64,000 bases of DNA from Sedimentisphaerales bacterium. GTDB lineage: Bacteria > Planctomycetota > Phycisphaerae > Sedimentisphaerales > Anaerobacaceae. The position numbers were made by a program, and so were the translations under genes. The stretch is taken from assembly GCA_040772485.1 (NCBI GenBank), contig JAXGYC010000008.1, forward strand, positions 416,001 to 480,000. The letters run 5' to 3'. This document shows, in pieces, positions 28,277 to 38,248 of the stretch (its first letter is position 1; each line of letters starts with the position of its first letter). The notes under the pieces are model-generated. The model did no database searches and was not told the origin of the DNA. It worked only from the letters and a program-made list of their open reading frames with translations.

Positions 28277-31200
28277 ATTGTCGGCCCGAGCGGTCGGGAT
28301 ACACCGGCTTCTGCGGCCGTCGGGGCGGCTGCTTTTCCAACTGCTTCAGGGCCACGGCAATGGCCGTTTCGAGCTGGGGATCGCCGCCGGCCACCATCCG
28401 ATCCGGCACATTCTCCACTTCGTAGTCGGGGTCCACGCCGTAACCTTCCACGGTCCACTGGCCGTCCGTATCGTATATGCCGAAGGTCGGCGCGCTGACC
28501 GAACCGCCGTCGATCGGTCGCGGGTTGCCGCTCATGCCGATCAGCCCGCCCCAGGTCCGCGTGCCCACGAGCGGCCCCAGGCCCGCCATGCGGAAGTAGT
28601 AGGGAAAGGCATCGCCGCCGGAGCCTGACCAGCCGTTGATGAGCATGACCTTCGGGCCGGCGTGGCTCAGGAAAGGCGTCTGCCAGTCGCGGTTGTCCCG
28701 GCGGGCCCAGTAGTTGTAGATCGGGCGATTCAGCAGCTCGATGAAACGGTCGGGAATCTGGCCGCCGCCGTTGAAACGTTCGTCGATGATCAACGCGTCT
28801 TTGGTCCACTGCCCGTTGAACTGCCGGACCAGCTCGTTCTGGCCGTTCTGGCCGGTGTCGGGGACGTAGATGTAGCCGACCCGACCCTGCGTCGCGGCCT
28901 CGACCTTCTCGCGGTTCGCCTCAATCCAGGCGAGGTTGCGAAGGCGAAACTCGCTGCCCATCGGTTCGACGAGAACATCGTTGGCGTCGTTGACATCGGG
29001 CGTTGCGCCGATCGTCAGTGTCACGGTCTGGCCGGCCAGGCCCTGGAAGGCAGCCCACGGGTCCTTCGACGTATCGAAGGGCCGGCCGTTAACCGCGAGG
29101 AGATAGTCGCCCTCTTTGACTTCGACGCCCGGCGCTCTCAGCGGAGAGCGCGGCTCCGCGTCCCATCGGGCGCCGTCGTAAATCCTGCCGATGCGGTAGG
29201 CGTTTTTGTCCTTGTCCAGTTCGAAGTCGCAGCCCAGCAGACCGACGTTCAGTCGCGGCGGCGATTCGATGTCACCGCCTCCGACATACGTGTGCGAGGC
29301 GTTCAGCTCGGCAATCATCTCTCCGATGATGTAATTGAGGTCCTCCCGGCTGGCCAGGTAGGGCAGCAGTGCCCCGTAGCGCTGCTTCATCGCGGGCCAG
29401 TCGAGCCCGTGCATGTTCGGGTCGTAGAAGTAGTCCCGCTCGACGCGCCAGGCCTCGGTGAAGATCTGTTTCCATTCCTCGCGCGGGTTGATCCAGGCCT
29501 TCAGATCGCCGGAGTCGACCTTGCCGTCGCCGACCTTCTTGTTCTCGCCGACGTCGATGATGCCGTACGTCGAGCGGCTCTTGTAGAGGATCTTCTTGCC
29601 GTCGGCCGAGAGGTCATAGCCGTCGACATTGTCGATGACGGTCTTCTCCTCGCGCTCTTTCAGATCGTAGTAGAGCAGCGTCCCGCCCGGCTCGCCGGGT
29701 TTCCTCGCTCCAGCGGGCATGCGGCGCATGAACAGCAGCTTGCCCTTGACCGACGCCAGACCGCCATAGTTGCCCGCTTGGATCGGCAGCGCGACCACCC
29801 GCCGCTCGAAGCCCTCGAAATCAATCTTCACCGGCTTGGGCTCGTCCTTCTTCTTGTCGTCCTTGCCGTTCTCGTCCTTCTTGCCTCCATCCTCTGACTT
29901 GTCCTCGGCCGCGTCCGCCTCGTTCGGATCGGCGACTCCCTCCTGCCCTTTCTCACTCTTCTCACCCTTCTCACCCTCCTTGTCCTCCTTGTCCTTCTCG
30001 ATCTCCTCCTCGTCGCTGCGCGGCGCGAGCGGACTGGGCGCGTCCTTCGTCAGGGTCACCGCAAACAACTGCGTCGAATTCGGATAGATCCAGGTCCAGT
30101 CCACGTCGCTGTAGACCGGGTCGAACGAGCGGTTCGAGCGGAAGAACAGGTACTTGCCTTCGACGTCGAAAACGGGTGAGCCGTCGTCGTAGAAATCGCT
30201 GGTGACCTGGCGGACAGTGCTGTCGTTGACATCGTAGATCATGATGTTGCCGTGGCGATTGGCACCGCTCTTGGCGTAGGCGAGCCAGCGGCTGTCGGGC
30301 GACCACGCGTAGGACGACATGTTGCTCCATTCGTCCTTGTCGATGAAGGTCACCTCGCCATCGTTGACATCCGTGATGTAAAGACTGCCGGTCTTGTCGC
30401 TGAAGGCGATGCGCTTGCTGTCGGGCGACCAGAGGGGGCTGTACCGAAAGGCGGCGCCGCCCTGGGTGACCTGCCGGGGCCGGCCCTTGCCGTCGCTGGG
30501 GTGCAGGTACAGCTCGTACTCGCCCGTCGCATCCGCGAAACAGGCGATCCATTTGCCGTCGGGCGACCAGGCGGGATAGCGCTCGGCCACGCCCGAGGTG
30601 TTGGTCAGGTCGCGGACGCTGCCGTGCTTGGCAGGCACGGTGAACACCTCGCCGCGCGCCTCGAAGAGCGCCCGCTGGCCGGTGGGCGACAGGGAGAAGC
30701 CCTGGATCAGGTTCGAGACGCTCTTCTGCTCGGTGCGCACATGGGGCAGGTCGTCGGGCACCTTCACCTGAATCGGCCGCGATCTCTCCGTTGCCAGGTC
30801 GAGCAGGTGAAGACTGCCGCCGTTCTCAAAGACGATGGCATCGGGCCCGAGGCTGGGCCATTTGACGTCGTATTCGGCGAAGTCGGTCACCTGGCGGAAT
30901 TGCTTGCTCCGCAGCGAATAAGCCCAGATGTTGAGCTTCTGGTCGGCGGCGCGATCGGAGAGGAAGTAGATCGTGTCGCCATGCCACATCGGCACCGCGT
31001 CCGTGCCGGCGAAATCGGTGAGCTTCTCGGCGCTGTTGTTCAGGAAATCGTAAAGCCACAGATCGCTGGCCATGCCGCCCCGATAGCGCTTCCACGTGCG
31101 GAACTCGCGCGAGATGAACTGGTAGACGATCTGGCTGCCGTCGGGGCTGAACGAACCCAACTCCGCATAGGGCAATGGTAGCGTCTGGGGCAGGCCGCCG

Positions 31201-31658
31201 GCGATGGACTGCTTGAAGAAGCGATTGAAGCGCCCCGAGGGGCTGACCATGCCCGAGCGGAAGAGCACGTGCTCGCCGTCGGGGTACCACTCGACCACGA
31301 GGTCGGTAGCGGAATGGTGCGTCAGCCGGCGGGGCTGGCCGCCCTGGGCGCCGACCACGTAGACGTCGGTGTTGCCGTCGTAGTTGCCGCTGAAAGCAAT
31401 CAACCGGCCGTCGGGCGAGAACTTGGGGAACATCTCATTGCCCTTGGGCGAACTGAGCCGCCGGGCGGTGCCGCCTTCCCTGGGGACGGTCCACAGGTCG
31501 CCCGCGTAGGAAAAGACGATTGCCTCGCCGCTGACGTCGGGAAAACGCAGCATGCGGGCGTCGGGCACATGGGTCAGGTCATCCGTTTCGGCCGCGATCG
31601 CGCCGGCCGGCAGCAACAGAATCAAGGCTAACGTGGCTGTAATTCTCATCGGTTTCAC
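28275..31658 (-). CDS. Tricorn-like protease (S41)
   Basis: Signal peptide, PD40/WD beta-propellers, WKRYRGG, ELNASH, PDZ domain, IDERFNGGG, catalytic SGSGGD, RTWGG. Confidence 0.96.
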   Translation of the reverse strand: MKPMRITATLALILLLPAGAIAAETDDLTHVPDARMLRFPDVSGEAIVFSYAGDLWTVPREGGTARRLSSPKGNEMFPKFSPDGRLIAFSGNYDGNTDVYVVGAQGGQPRRLTHHSATDLVVEWYPDGEHVLFRSGMVSPSGRFNRFFKQSIAGGLPQTLPLPYAELGSFSPDGSQIVYQFISREFRTWKRYRGGMASDLWLYDFLNNSAEKLTDFAGTDAVPMWHGDTIYFLSDRAADQKLNIWAYSLRSKQFRQVTDFAEYDVKWPSLGPDAIVFENGGSLHLLDLATERSRPIQVKVPDDLPHVRTEQKSVSNLIQGFSLSPTGQRALFEARGEVFTVPAKHGSVRDLTNTSGVAERYPAWSPDGKWIACFADATGEYELYLHPSDGKGRPRQVTQGGAAFRYSPLWSPDSKRIAFSDKTGSLYITDVNDGEVTFIDKDEWSNMSSYAWSPDSRWLAYAKSGANRHGNIMIYDVNDSTVRQVTSDFYDDGSPVFDVEGKYLFFRSNRSFDPVYSDVDWTWIYPNSTQLFAVTLTKDAPSPLAPRSDEEEIEKDKEDKEGEKGEKSEKGQEGVADPNEADAAEDKSEDGGKKDENGKDDKKKDEPKPVKIDFEGFERRVVALPIQAGNYGGLASVKGKLLFMRRMPAGARKPGEPGGTLLYYDLKEREEKTVIDNVDGYDLSADGKKILYKSRSTYGIIDVGENKKVGDGKVDSGDLKAWINPREEWKQIFTEAWRVERDYFYDPNMHGLDWPAMKQRYGALLPYLASREDLNYIIGEMIAELNASHTYVGGGDIESPPRLNVGLLGCDFELDKDKNAYRIGRIYDGARWDAEPRSPLRAPGVEVKEGDYLLAVNGRPFDTSKDPWAAFQGLAGQTVTLTIGATPDVNDANDVLVEPMGSEFRLRNLAWIEANREKVEAATQGRVGYIYVPDTGQNGQNELVRQFNGQWTKDALIIDERFNGGGQIPDRFIELLNRPIYNYWARRDNRDWQTPFLSHAGPKVMLINGWSGSGGDAFPYYFRMAGLGPLVGTRTWGGLIGMSGNPRPIDGGSVSAPTFGIYDTDGQWTVEGYGVDPDYEVENVPDRMVAGGDPQLETAIAVALKQLEKQPPRRPQKPVYPDRSGRQ

Positions 31659-31688
31659 CTTTCCCCTCGACGCATCATTTCGGCGCTC

Positions 31689-31780
31689 GTTCGTAGTGTG
31701 CCCGTCAGAGCCTGCCCCGAGCTTGCCGAAGGGGCATACCTCCTATAGAGACAGTAACGCCTTACGGCGTCACTACAAAC
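31689..31780. repeat. GTAG-type REP doublet 1, with a 24-nt insertion
   Basis: GTTCGTAG TGTGCCC GTCA G[AGCCTGCCCCGAGCTTGCCGAAGG]GGCATAC, 14-nt spacer, GTAACGCC TTAC GGCGTCA CTACAAAC. Confidence 0.8.
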
Positions 31781-31965
31781 CGGGACGCCCATCGTACCGG
31801 CAGGGCCGCCGCGAATCAAGGTCGCTTCCAAATCAACTGGCTGCTCTTTGACAGCGCCACACAGAGATTTCTTCTTTGAGGCCGGGCCGCAGCCCTGTAC
31901 CATGCGGCACAAGGGCGAATCCTGATTCGCCCCTGCATGGAATTGGCGATGAACCGAGGACTCTT

Positions 31966-33318
31966 ATGGCCAAACGCGAATATCTGACCGCCCCGCTGCC
32001 CTCCGAGAAGATGCCCGCCGGCATTCCCTACATCCTGACCAACGAAGCCGCCGAACGCTTCGCCTTCTACGGCATGAGTTCCATCCTGGTCGTCTTCATG
32101 ACCAAGTACCTCATGGGCAGCGACGGCGCCCTGGCCGTCATGGGCGACGAGCAGGCCAAGAAGTGGTTTCACCTGTTCACCGCCGCCGTTTACTTCATGC
32201 CGTTGCTCGGCGCGTTGCTCAGCGACGTCTGGCTGGGCAAGTATCGCACGATCGTGATCTTCTCCATCGTGTACTGCGTGGGCTTCGCGGCGATGGCATG
32301 GGACCACACGCGGGTCGGCCTGGGCTTGGGCTTGGGCCTGATCGCGCTGGGCTCCGGCGTCATCAAACCGTGTGTCTCCGCCAACGTAGGCGATCAATTT
32401 GGCCAGCGCAACAAACATCTGATCTCGAAGATGTATAGCTGGTTCTACTTCTCCATCAACGTGGGAGCCTGCGTCTCGATGCTGGCCTGTCCATGGCTGT
32501 TGAAAAAGTATGGCCCGGGGGTAGGATTCGGTGTGCCCGCCGCACTCATGCTGTTCGCGACCGTAGCGTTCGTTGCCGGAAAATGGAAATACGTACATAT
32601 CCCCCCGGCTGGCGACAGGGTCGTCCGCGAAGTGCTCCAGAAGGAGACCTTGAAGATCCTGGCCCGATTGTGTGTGATCTTCGTGTTCGTCTCCATGTTC
32701 TTCGCCCTGTTCTATCAGTCGCAGTCGGCCTGGGTGCTGCAGGCCGAGAAGATGAATCTCCGCTGGCTGGGCGTCAACTGGCTGCCCGCACAGGTTCAGT
32801 TCGTCAACTCCTTCTACATCATCCTGATGATCCCTCTGTTCAGCTATACGATCTATCCGGCTCTGAATCGCGTGTTCCCGCTGACCCCGCTGCGCAAGAT
32901 CGGGATCGGCATGTTCGTTACCGCGCTGTGCTTCGTCGTGCCGGCGTGGGTCGAGAACCGAATCGCCGAGGGCTTGGCGCCGAGCATCGGCTGGCAGTTC
33001 TTCGCCTACGTGCTCCTGACGGCAGGCGAAATCCTCGCCTCCATCCCCGTCCTGGAGTTCGCCTACACCCAGGCGCCGAAGAAGCTCAAGACCTTCGTGA
33101 TGAGCCTGTATCTGCTGGCGATCTCATTGGGCAACGTCTTCTCGGCCTTGGTGAACCACTTCATCCAAAACGAAGACGGCACCACCAAGCTGCCCGGCGC
33201 CAGCTACTACTGGTTCTTCGCTATCGCCATGCTCGTGACTCTTGTGCTGTACATCCCGGTCGCCATGCTCTATCCCGTCAAGGAGTACATCCAGGACGAG
33301 ACGCCACAAGAGGGGTAA
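31966..33318 (+). CDS. POT/PTR family proton-dependent di/tripeptide transporter
   Basis: NEAAERFAFYGM (ExxERFxYYG), GVIKPCVSANVGDQF, FYFSINVG, EFAYTQAP. Confidence 0.95.
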   Translation: MAKREYLTAPLPSEKMPAGIPYILTNEAAERFAFYGMSSILVVFMTKYLMGSDGALAVMGDEQAKKWFHLFTAAVYFMPLLGALLSDVWLGKYRTIVIFSIVYCVGFAAMAWDHTRVGLGLGLGLIALGSGVIKPCVSANVGDQFGQRNKHLISKMYSWFYFSINVGACVSMLACPWLLKKYGPGVGFGVPAALMLFATVAFVAGKWKYVHIPPAGDRVVREVLQKETLKILARLCVIFVFVSMFFALFYQSQSAWVLQAEKMNLRWLGVNWLPAQVQFVNSFYIILMIPLFSYTIYPALNRVFPLTPLRKIGIGMFVTALCFVVPAWVENRIAEGLAPSIGWQFFAYVLLTAGEILASIPVLEFAYTQAPKKLKTFVMSLYLLAISLGNVFSALVNHFIQNEDGTTKLPGASYYWFFAIAMLVTLVLYIPVAMLYPVKEYIQDETPQEG

Positions 33319-33516
33319 CCCATGCACTGAACCATCCCCAAGCTCTTCGAGCTTGAGGCTGCCACACGCGGCTCTCCACGCCTGAATGGGGCTTGCCGCG
33401 AAATTCGCGCAGACACTTCAGGGGTGGTTTGCGTGCGTTTTTCCAGGATTTCCGCCGCGAGGCTCTGTAACATGGGCGGCGGCTGCGCAACTGAACGTAT
33501 GTCGATGGTCGGTGCT

Positions 33517-34098
33517 ATGACAAAACCTGTTGAGCACACAGCTTACGACGATCTCGTGATGCAGGCCAAGACGCAGGCCGGCGCCCTGGCGCAGCTTTAC
33601 GAGGTGTATTACGAGCGGATCTACAGGTTCTGCGTGCACCGGCTGTACAGCAGTTCGGCGGCCGAAGACATCACCTCCGGCGTGTTCCTGACGGTGGCGG
33701 CCGCCATCCGGCAGTTCAAAGGTTGCACCGAACAGGATTTCCGGGCCTGGATCTTCACCATCGCCGCCAACCAGGCCAACGCCTATATCCGGAAAACCTC
33801 GCGGCGCAGAAGACTTATGGAAAACGTCGTCGCCATGCGAAAGGCTTCCCAGCCGCAAGAGAGCACGTGGTCGCAGATGGATTGGCCGACGCTGTACACC
33901 GCCATCCTGCAACTGAAGCCCGAGCATCAGACGGTTCTGACGCTGCGGTTTTTCGAGAATATGGATTTCGATGAGATCAGTCGAGTGATGGACGCCAAAC
34001 CCGCGACAGTCAGGGTCACGCTGCACAGGGTCCTCCGGAGGCTCCGGGAGGTCCTGCGGAGCGACTTTGGTGAAGAGGAGCATGATGAAGGAGCGTGA
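33517..34098 (+). CDS. ECF RNA polymerase sigma factor
   Basis: AEDITSGVF, FRAWIFTIAAN, region 4 MDFDEISRVMDAKPATVRVTLHR. Start could be 33499 or 33505. Confidence 0.92.
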   Translation: MTKPVEHTAYDDLVMQAKTQAGALAQLYEVYYERIYRFCVHRLYSSSAAEDITSGVFLTVAAAIRQFKGCTEQDFRAWIFTIAANQANAYIRKTSRRRRLMENVVAMRKASQPQESTWSQMDWPTLYTAILQLKPEHQTVLTLRFFENMDFDEISRVMDAKPATVRVTLHRVLRRLREVLRSDFGEEEHDEGA

Positions 34099-35614
34099 TT
34101 TCGAGAAACTCGTCGCCGGCCTGAAGATCGACGCCGAGCCGAATCCGGCCCATAAGGAGCGTCTGCGACAACAGATGCTGGCGACCTTCGATACGGTCAA
34201 CCGGTCGGTCGGCCCGCGACTGGTCCCGGCGCCCGAGAGATCGGCCTTTGGGACGTTCCTGCCTGCGGTGAAGGTGGCGGTCGCCGCCGCCATCGTGGTC
34301 GCCGCCATCGTCGGCATCCAGGAGATGGTCCGGCGCGGATGGGGACCGCCCACGCTGAGCCAGGTCCGGCAGGCCACACAGAGGATGGCCTGGCTGCACG
34401 CGGTCGTCACGGAGTATCGGGACGGCAAGGTCCGCACCGATCAGCAGTGGAACGATTTCGCCTCGCGCAGGGCGTACATTCTCGCCTCCGACGGCTCCGT
34501 GGTGGTCTCCGACTTCGGGGCGGGCCGGCGGGAGCTGCTGTACAGCCCCCAGGTCAAGGCGGTGGTGATCAGCGAGCTTCCCGGCAAGGGGCTTTTCGGC
34601 GCTGATGCGGCGTACACGCTCGTCGACGCCTTCGCCGTCTTCGCCGCCAGGGACGACGTCGCGGTCGCACGACGGACCGACCGCTACGAAGGCCAGAAGG
34701 TCTTGATGTATGAACTGGAGAGGTCCGACCCCGGAGTCACCGTCGGCGGCCGGCGCGTCGAAAGGCTTCGGATGCAACTGATGGCCGATCCGGAAACGCG
34801 GCGGCTCGTCGGCGCCCACGTCGAGCAGCTCAGCGACAGCGGCGCCATGCTCAGCCGACAGGAATGGGTGATGAGCTATCCGCAGTCCGGCCCGATGAGC
34901 ATCTACGACCTTGGCGTGCCGGAGTCGACGCGGATCATCAATCGCACCAGCCAGACGACGGGGACGCCGCCGCAGGAACCGCGCCCGATCGGCACGCCGG
35001 AGGACCTCGGCCGCACCCGCCTGATGCCGCTGGAGATCCCGCTGCCCCGGCCGATGTTCATCGGGACGCCCGCCGATGTACGGATGTCGAACCTCGAACG
35101 GCCCCGGAGAGGGGCGAGACCGCCGTTCCTGGTGCCGGTGGGCACAACGAACGTCGCCGCCGGAAAGCCGGTCTCCGCAAGCGATTCGGAGCCGTCGATG
35201 GGAAGCCTCGATATGATCGCCGACGGCGACAAGGAGGCCACCGACGGCAGCATCGTCGAACTGGGGCCCGGCGTGCAGCACGTCACCATCGATCTGCGAG
35301 ACCGCTACGAGATCTATGCGATCGTCGTCTGGCATTACCATCTTCGCCCGCACGTCTACCTGGATGTGGTCGTGCAGGTCTGCGACGATCCGCAGTTCGC
35401 CGACGGCGTAAAGACGGTCTTCAACAACGACATCGACCATTCCGCCCGCCTGGGCAGGGGCGCGGACCTGCACTACGTCGAGACGAACGAGGGAAAGCTC
35501 ATCGACACGCAAGGCATTCGCGGCCGCTACGTCCGACTCTACAGCAACGGCCACGTCGGCGGCGACCTGAACCACTACATCGAAGTCGAGGTCTACGGCC
35601 GAGCCGCAAGATAG
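34082..35614 (+). CDS. Anti-sigma factor with TM, LolA-like middle and C-terminal discoidin/galactose-binding-like domain
   Basis: Overlaps the ECF stop, short cytoplasmic N-terminus, TM VAVAAAIVVAAIVG, C-terminal NVAAGKPVS...IDL...RYVRLY...EVEVYG. Confidence 0.8.
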   Translation: MMKERDFEKLVAGLKIDAEPNPAHKERLRQQMLATFDTVNRSVGPRLVPAPERSAFGTFLPAVKVAVAAAIVVAAIVGIQEMVRRGWGPPTLSQVRQATQRMAWLHAVVTEYRDGKVRTDQQWNDFASRRAYILASDGSVVVSDFGAGRRELLYSPQVKAVVISELPGKGLFGADAAYTLVDAFAVFAARDDVAVARRTDRYEGQKVLMYELERSDPGVTVGGRRVERLRMQLMADPETRRLVGAHVEQLSDSGAMLSRQEWVMSYPQSGPMSIYDLGVPESTRIINRTSQTTGTPPQEPRPIGTPEDLGRTRLMPLEIPLPRPMFIGTPADVRMSNLERPRRGARPPFLVPVGTTNVAAGKPVSASDSEPSMGSLDMIADGDKEATDGSIVELGPGVQHVTIDLRDRYEIYAIVVWHYHLRPHVYLDVVVQVCDDPQFADGVKTVFNNDIDHSARLGRGADLHYVETNEGKLIDTQGIRGRYVRLYSNGHVGGDLNHYIEVEVYGRAAR

Positions 35615-35657
35615 ACTCGGCAACGTAAGTATCCACGTAATGCGGAGGATCGAAACC

Positions 35658-36377
35658 ATGAAGAACAGAGGAAGTCTGCGCGCGGCGCAGGCGGCGGGGG
35701 TCGCCGTGACGGCGATGGCGATTGCTCTGGCCGCCCATGCGACAACGAATCAGAGCGAGCGGCCACGCTCCAGCGAAGACGAGCTGGCACCGGTGAAGGT
35801 GGTATTTCCCAGGGCGCAATTCATCGGAACGCCGCAGGCCATCCGCGCGCCCCGCGTCAAACCGGTCCAGACCGAACCCGGCCCACCGTTCCTGGCACCG
35901 CGCGGCACGAAAAACGTGGCGTTGGGCAAGCCCGTTTCCTCCAGCGATCCGGAGCCGATCATCGGCGAACTGACGATGATCACCGACGGCGACAAAGAGG
36001 CGGGCGCAGGCAGCTTCGTCGAACTCGGCCCACTGCTGCAGCACGTGACGATCGACCTGCAAGCCAGGCACGCAATCTATGGCCTCCGTGTCTGGCACTA
36101 TCATCAGCAGCCGTGCGTCTACTTTGACGTGGTCATTCAGGTGGCGAACGACCCGAACCTCGCCCATGGCGTCAAGACCGTCTTCAACAACGACATGGAC
36201 AATTCCGCCGGCCTCGGAGCAGGTCAGGCCATGCACTATGTCGAAACGCACTTTGGCGAACTGTTCGACGCCAAAGGCATTCATGGCCGTTACGTTCGCC
36301 TTCACAGCCGAGGCAACACGATCAACGACCTGAACTACTACACCGAAGTCGAGGTTTACGGTCAACCGGTGCGTTAG
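35658..36377 (+). CDS. Secreted discoidin/F5-8-like protein, paralogue of the anti-sigma C-terminal domain
   Basis: GGAGG SD and signal peptide ending AAHA. About 105 of 160 aa match the upstream C-terminal domain with no gaps (hand alignment). Confidence 0.85.
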   Translation: MKNRGSLRAAQAAGVAVTAMAIALAAHATTNQSERPRSSEDELAPVKVVFPRAQFIGTPQAIRAPRVKPVQTEPGPPFLAPRGTKNVALGKPVSSSDPEPIIGELTMITDGDKEAGAGSFVELGPLLQHVTIDLQARHAIYGLRVWHYHQQPCVYFDVVIQVANDPNLAHGVKTVFNNDMDNSAGLGAGQAMHYVETHFGELFDAKGIHGRYVRLHSRGNTINDLNYYTEVEVYGQPVR

Positions 36378-36413
36378 ACCGTCGGGCGGAATGCGAACCA
36401 CGGAGATGCGCGT

Positions 36414-38198
36414 ATGAGATGGGCAGAGGCTGCGTGCCGAAGCCGTTGTCGGCTGGCAGCGTGGCTAGTCGGTGCGCTTGTTTGTTCCCTGTTCATCGCA
36501 TTGCCCTGCGCCGGCGCTTCGACCTCCTATTCCGTAGAGGTCGCGGGGGTCAGGTTCCAATTCGTTCGCATTCCGCCGGGGCGTTTCGTGATGGGCTCGG
36601 ACGCAGGCGATGGTGACGAACGTCCCGTCCACGAGGTCGAGATCGGGCATGGTTTCGATCTGGCAAGGACGGAGGTGACGGTGCGCCAGTTCAGGGCATT
36701 CGTCGAGTCGACCCGGTACGAGACCGTCGCCGAGCGCAGAGGCTCACTGTGGCACTATGCTTCGCCCGCAGAGATGGGATGGGTTCGAGGGCGAAGCTGG
36801 CGCGATCCGGGATTCGAGCAGACGGATGAGCACCCCGTTGTCGGGATCAGCTATATCGACGCGATCGCGTTCTGCCGGTGGTTGTCGCAACAGAGCGATG
36901 AATGCTTTCGTCTGCCCACGGAGGCCGAATGGGAATATGCCTGTCGCAGCGGAACGGAAGAGGAATGCGCTGGCAATCTCGATGCGATGGCGTGGTACGA
37001 CAGCAACAGCGCCCGAGGTACACATCTGGTGGCGCAGAAGAGCCCCAACGCCTGGGGCGTGTGTGACATGCATGGCAACGCCGCCGAATGGTGCGAAGAC
37101 ACATATGATTGGCATTATGGCAGCGTCCCCCGCGACGGCAGCGCCCATACCGTGCCGGGCGTTCCTGCCGTCGCGGCGGCGCGCCGTGTTCTGCGCGGCG
37201 GCTCATGGTCCAGTCTGCCATACGCCTGCCGGTCCGCGCACCGATGTCCCGTTCCGGCGACCCATCGAGGCACGGACACGGGGTTTCGCATCGTGCATGG
37301 CAAAGAACGGCCTCCATCACAGGCCCCAGTGCGGCCGTTTGCCGTCTTGCCCCAGGATGACCCGGCTCGCACACTGTCGCTGCACGCAGGCGGCATAACG
37401 TTCGATTTCGTTCGAGTCGAACCGGGCCTGTTCGTCATGGGCAGTCCACACCGCTACACCGACGAGCATGGCTGGGTCTACGAGATGCCCAGACGCGAGG
37501 TGGCTATCGGCTACGGCTTCTACCTGGGGCAAACCGAAGTGACACGCGCGCAGTTCGACCTGTTCGTCGAGGAGACGGGCTATGTCACCGACGCCGAAAA
37601 GCAGGGCTGGGCCTACACCTGCGTGGCCGATGCGCCCTGGCACTACCAGGCGTTGATGGATTGGCGCTTTCCAGGCTTCGTGCAGACTGACCGGGACCCG
37701 GTGACCCACATCGGATGGCACGATGCGGTGGCATTCTGCCAGTGGCTCAGTGAGAAAACGGGCCGGGAGATTCGCTTGCCCAGCGAAGCGGAATGGGAAT
37801 ACGCCTGCCGCGCGGGGACCGCCGGCGAATTCGCCGGACCGCTCGATGAAATGGCCTGGACGCTGTGGAACTCCGGCCAAGTCAAGCGAACCCGTCCTGT
37901 CGCACAGAAACAGCCCAACGCCTGGGGCTTCTACGACATGCACGGCGGCGTCTGGGAGTGGGTGCAGGACCTCTGGCACGAAGAAAGCAACGGCGCGCCG
38001 ACGGACGGGTCCGCATGGGTCCAGACAGACCGCTTCGACCCGATGGGCGTCACCCGAGGCGGCTCGTTTGCCAGCCCGCCCTGGCTGTGCCGCTCGTACA
38101 TCCGCATGAAGACCCCCCTCGGCCAGATGATCCACTACAACAATGGCTTTCGCATCGTCTGCACCACGGCCAGCCGGACCACGCGCCCCGTACGCTGA
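36414..38198 (+). CDS. Secreted protein with two FGE-sulfatase (SUMF1-like) domains
   Basis: Two copies of F.MGS, TEVT, RLP(T/S)EAEWEYACR, PNAWG.xDMHG, RGGS. Signal peptide present. Confidence 0.92.
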   Translation: MRWAEAACRSRCRLAAWLVGALVCSLFIALPCAGASTSYSVEVAGVRFQFVRIPPGRFVMGSDAGDGDERPVHEVEIGHGFDLARTEVTVRQFRAFVESTRYETVAERRGSLWHYASPAEMGWVRGRSWRDPGFEQTDEHPVVGISYIDAIAFCRWLSQQSDECFRLPTEAEWEYACRSGTEEECAGNLDAMAWYDSNSARGTHLVAQKSPNAWGVCDMHGNAAEWCEDTYDWHYGSVPRDGSAHTVPGVPAVAAARRVLRGGSWSSLPYACRSAHRCPVPATHRGTDTGFRIVHGKERPPSQAPVRPFAVLPQDDPARTLSLHAGGITFDFVRVEPGLFVMGSPHRYTDEHGWVYEMPRREVAIGYGFYLGQTEVTRAQFDLFVEETGYVTDAEKQGWAYTCVADAPWHYQALMDWRFPGFVQTDRDPVTHIGWHDAVAFCQWLSEKTGREIRLPSEAEWEYACRAGTAGEFAGPLDEMAWTLWNSGQVKRTRPVAQKQPNAWGFYDMHGGVWEWVQDLWHEESNGAPTDGSAWVQTDRFDPMGVTRGGSFASPPWLCRSYIRMKTPLGQMIHYNNGFRIVCTTASRTTRPVR

Positions 38199-38248
38199 AA
38201 ACGATCTGCCGCATTTGACACGAGGTTCGGCCTTGGGGTCAGGGTCTG

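Noticed and set aside
29840..30012. E/K/D-rich low-complexity stretch in tricorn
   Set aside because: An ordinary charged linker in tricorn-like proteases.
36414..38198. Diversity-generating retroelement target (FGE/CLec fold)
   Set aside because: No reverse transcriptase and no template repeat differing only at adenines was seen.
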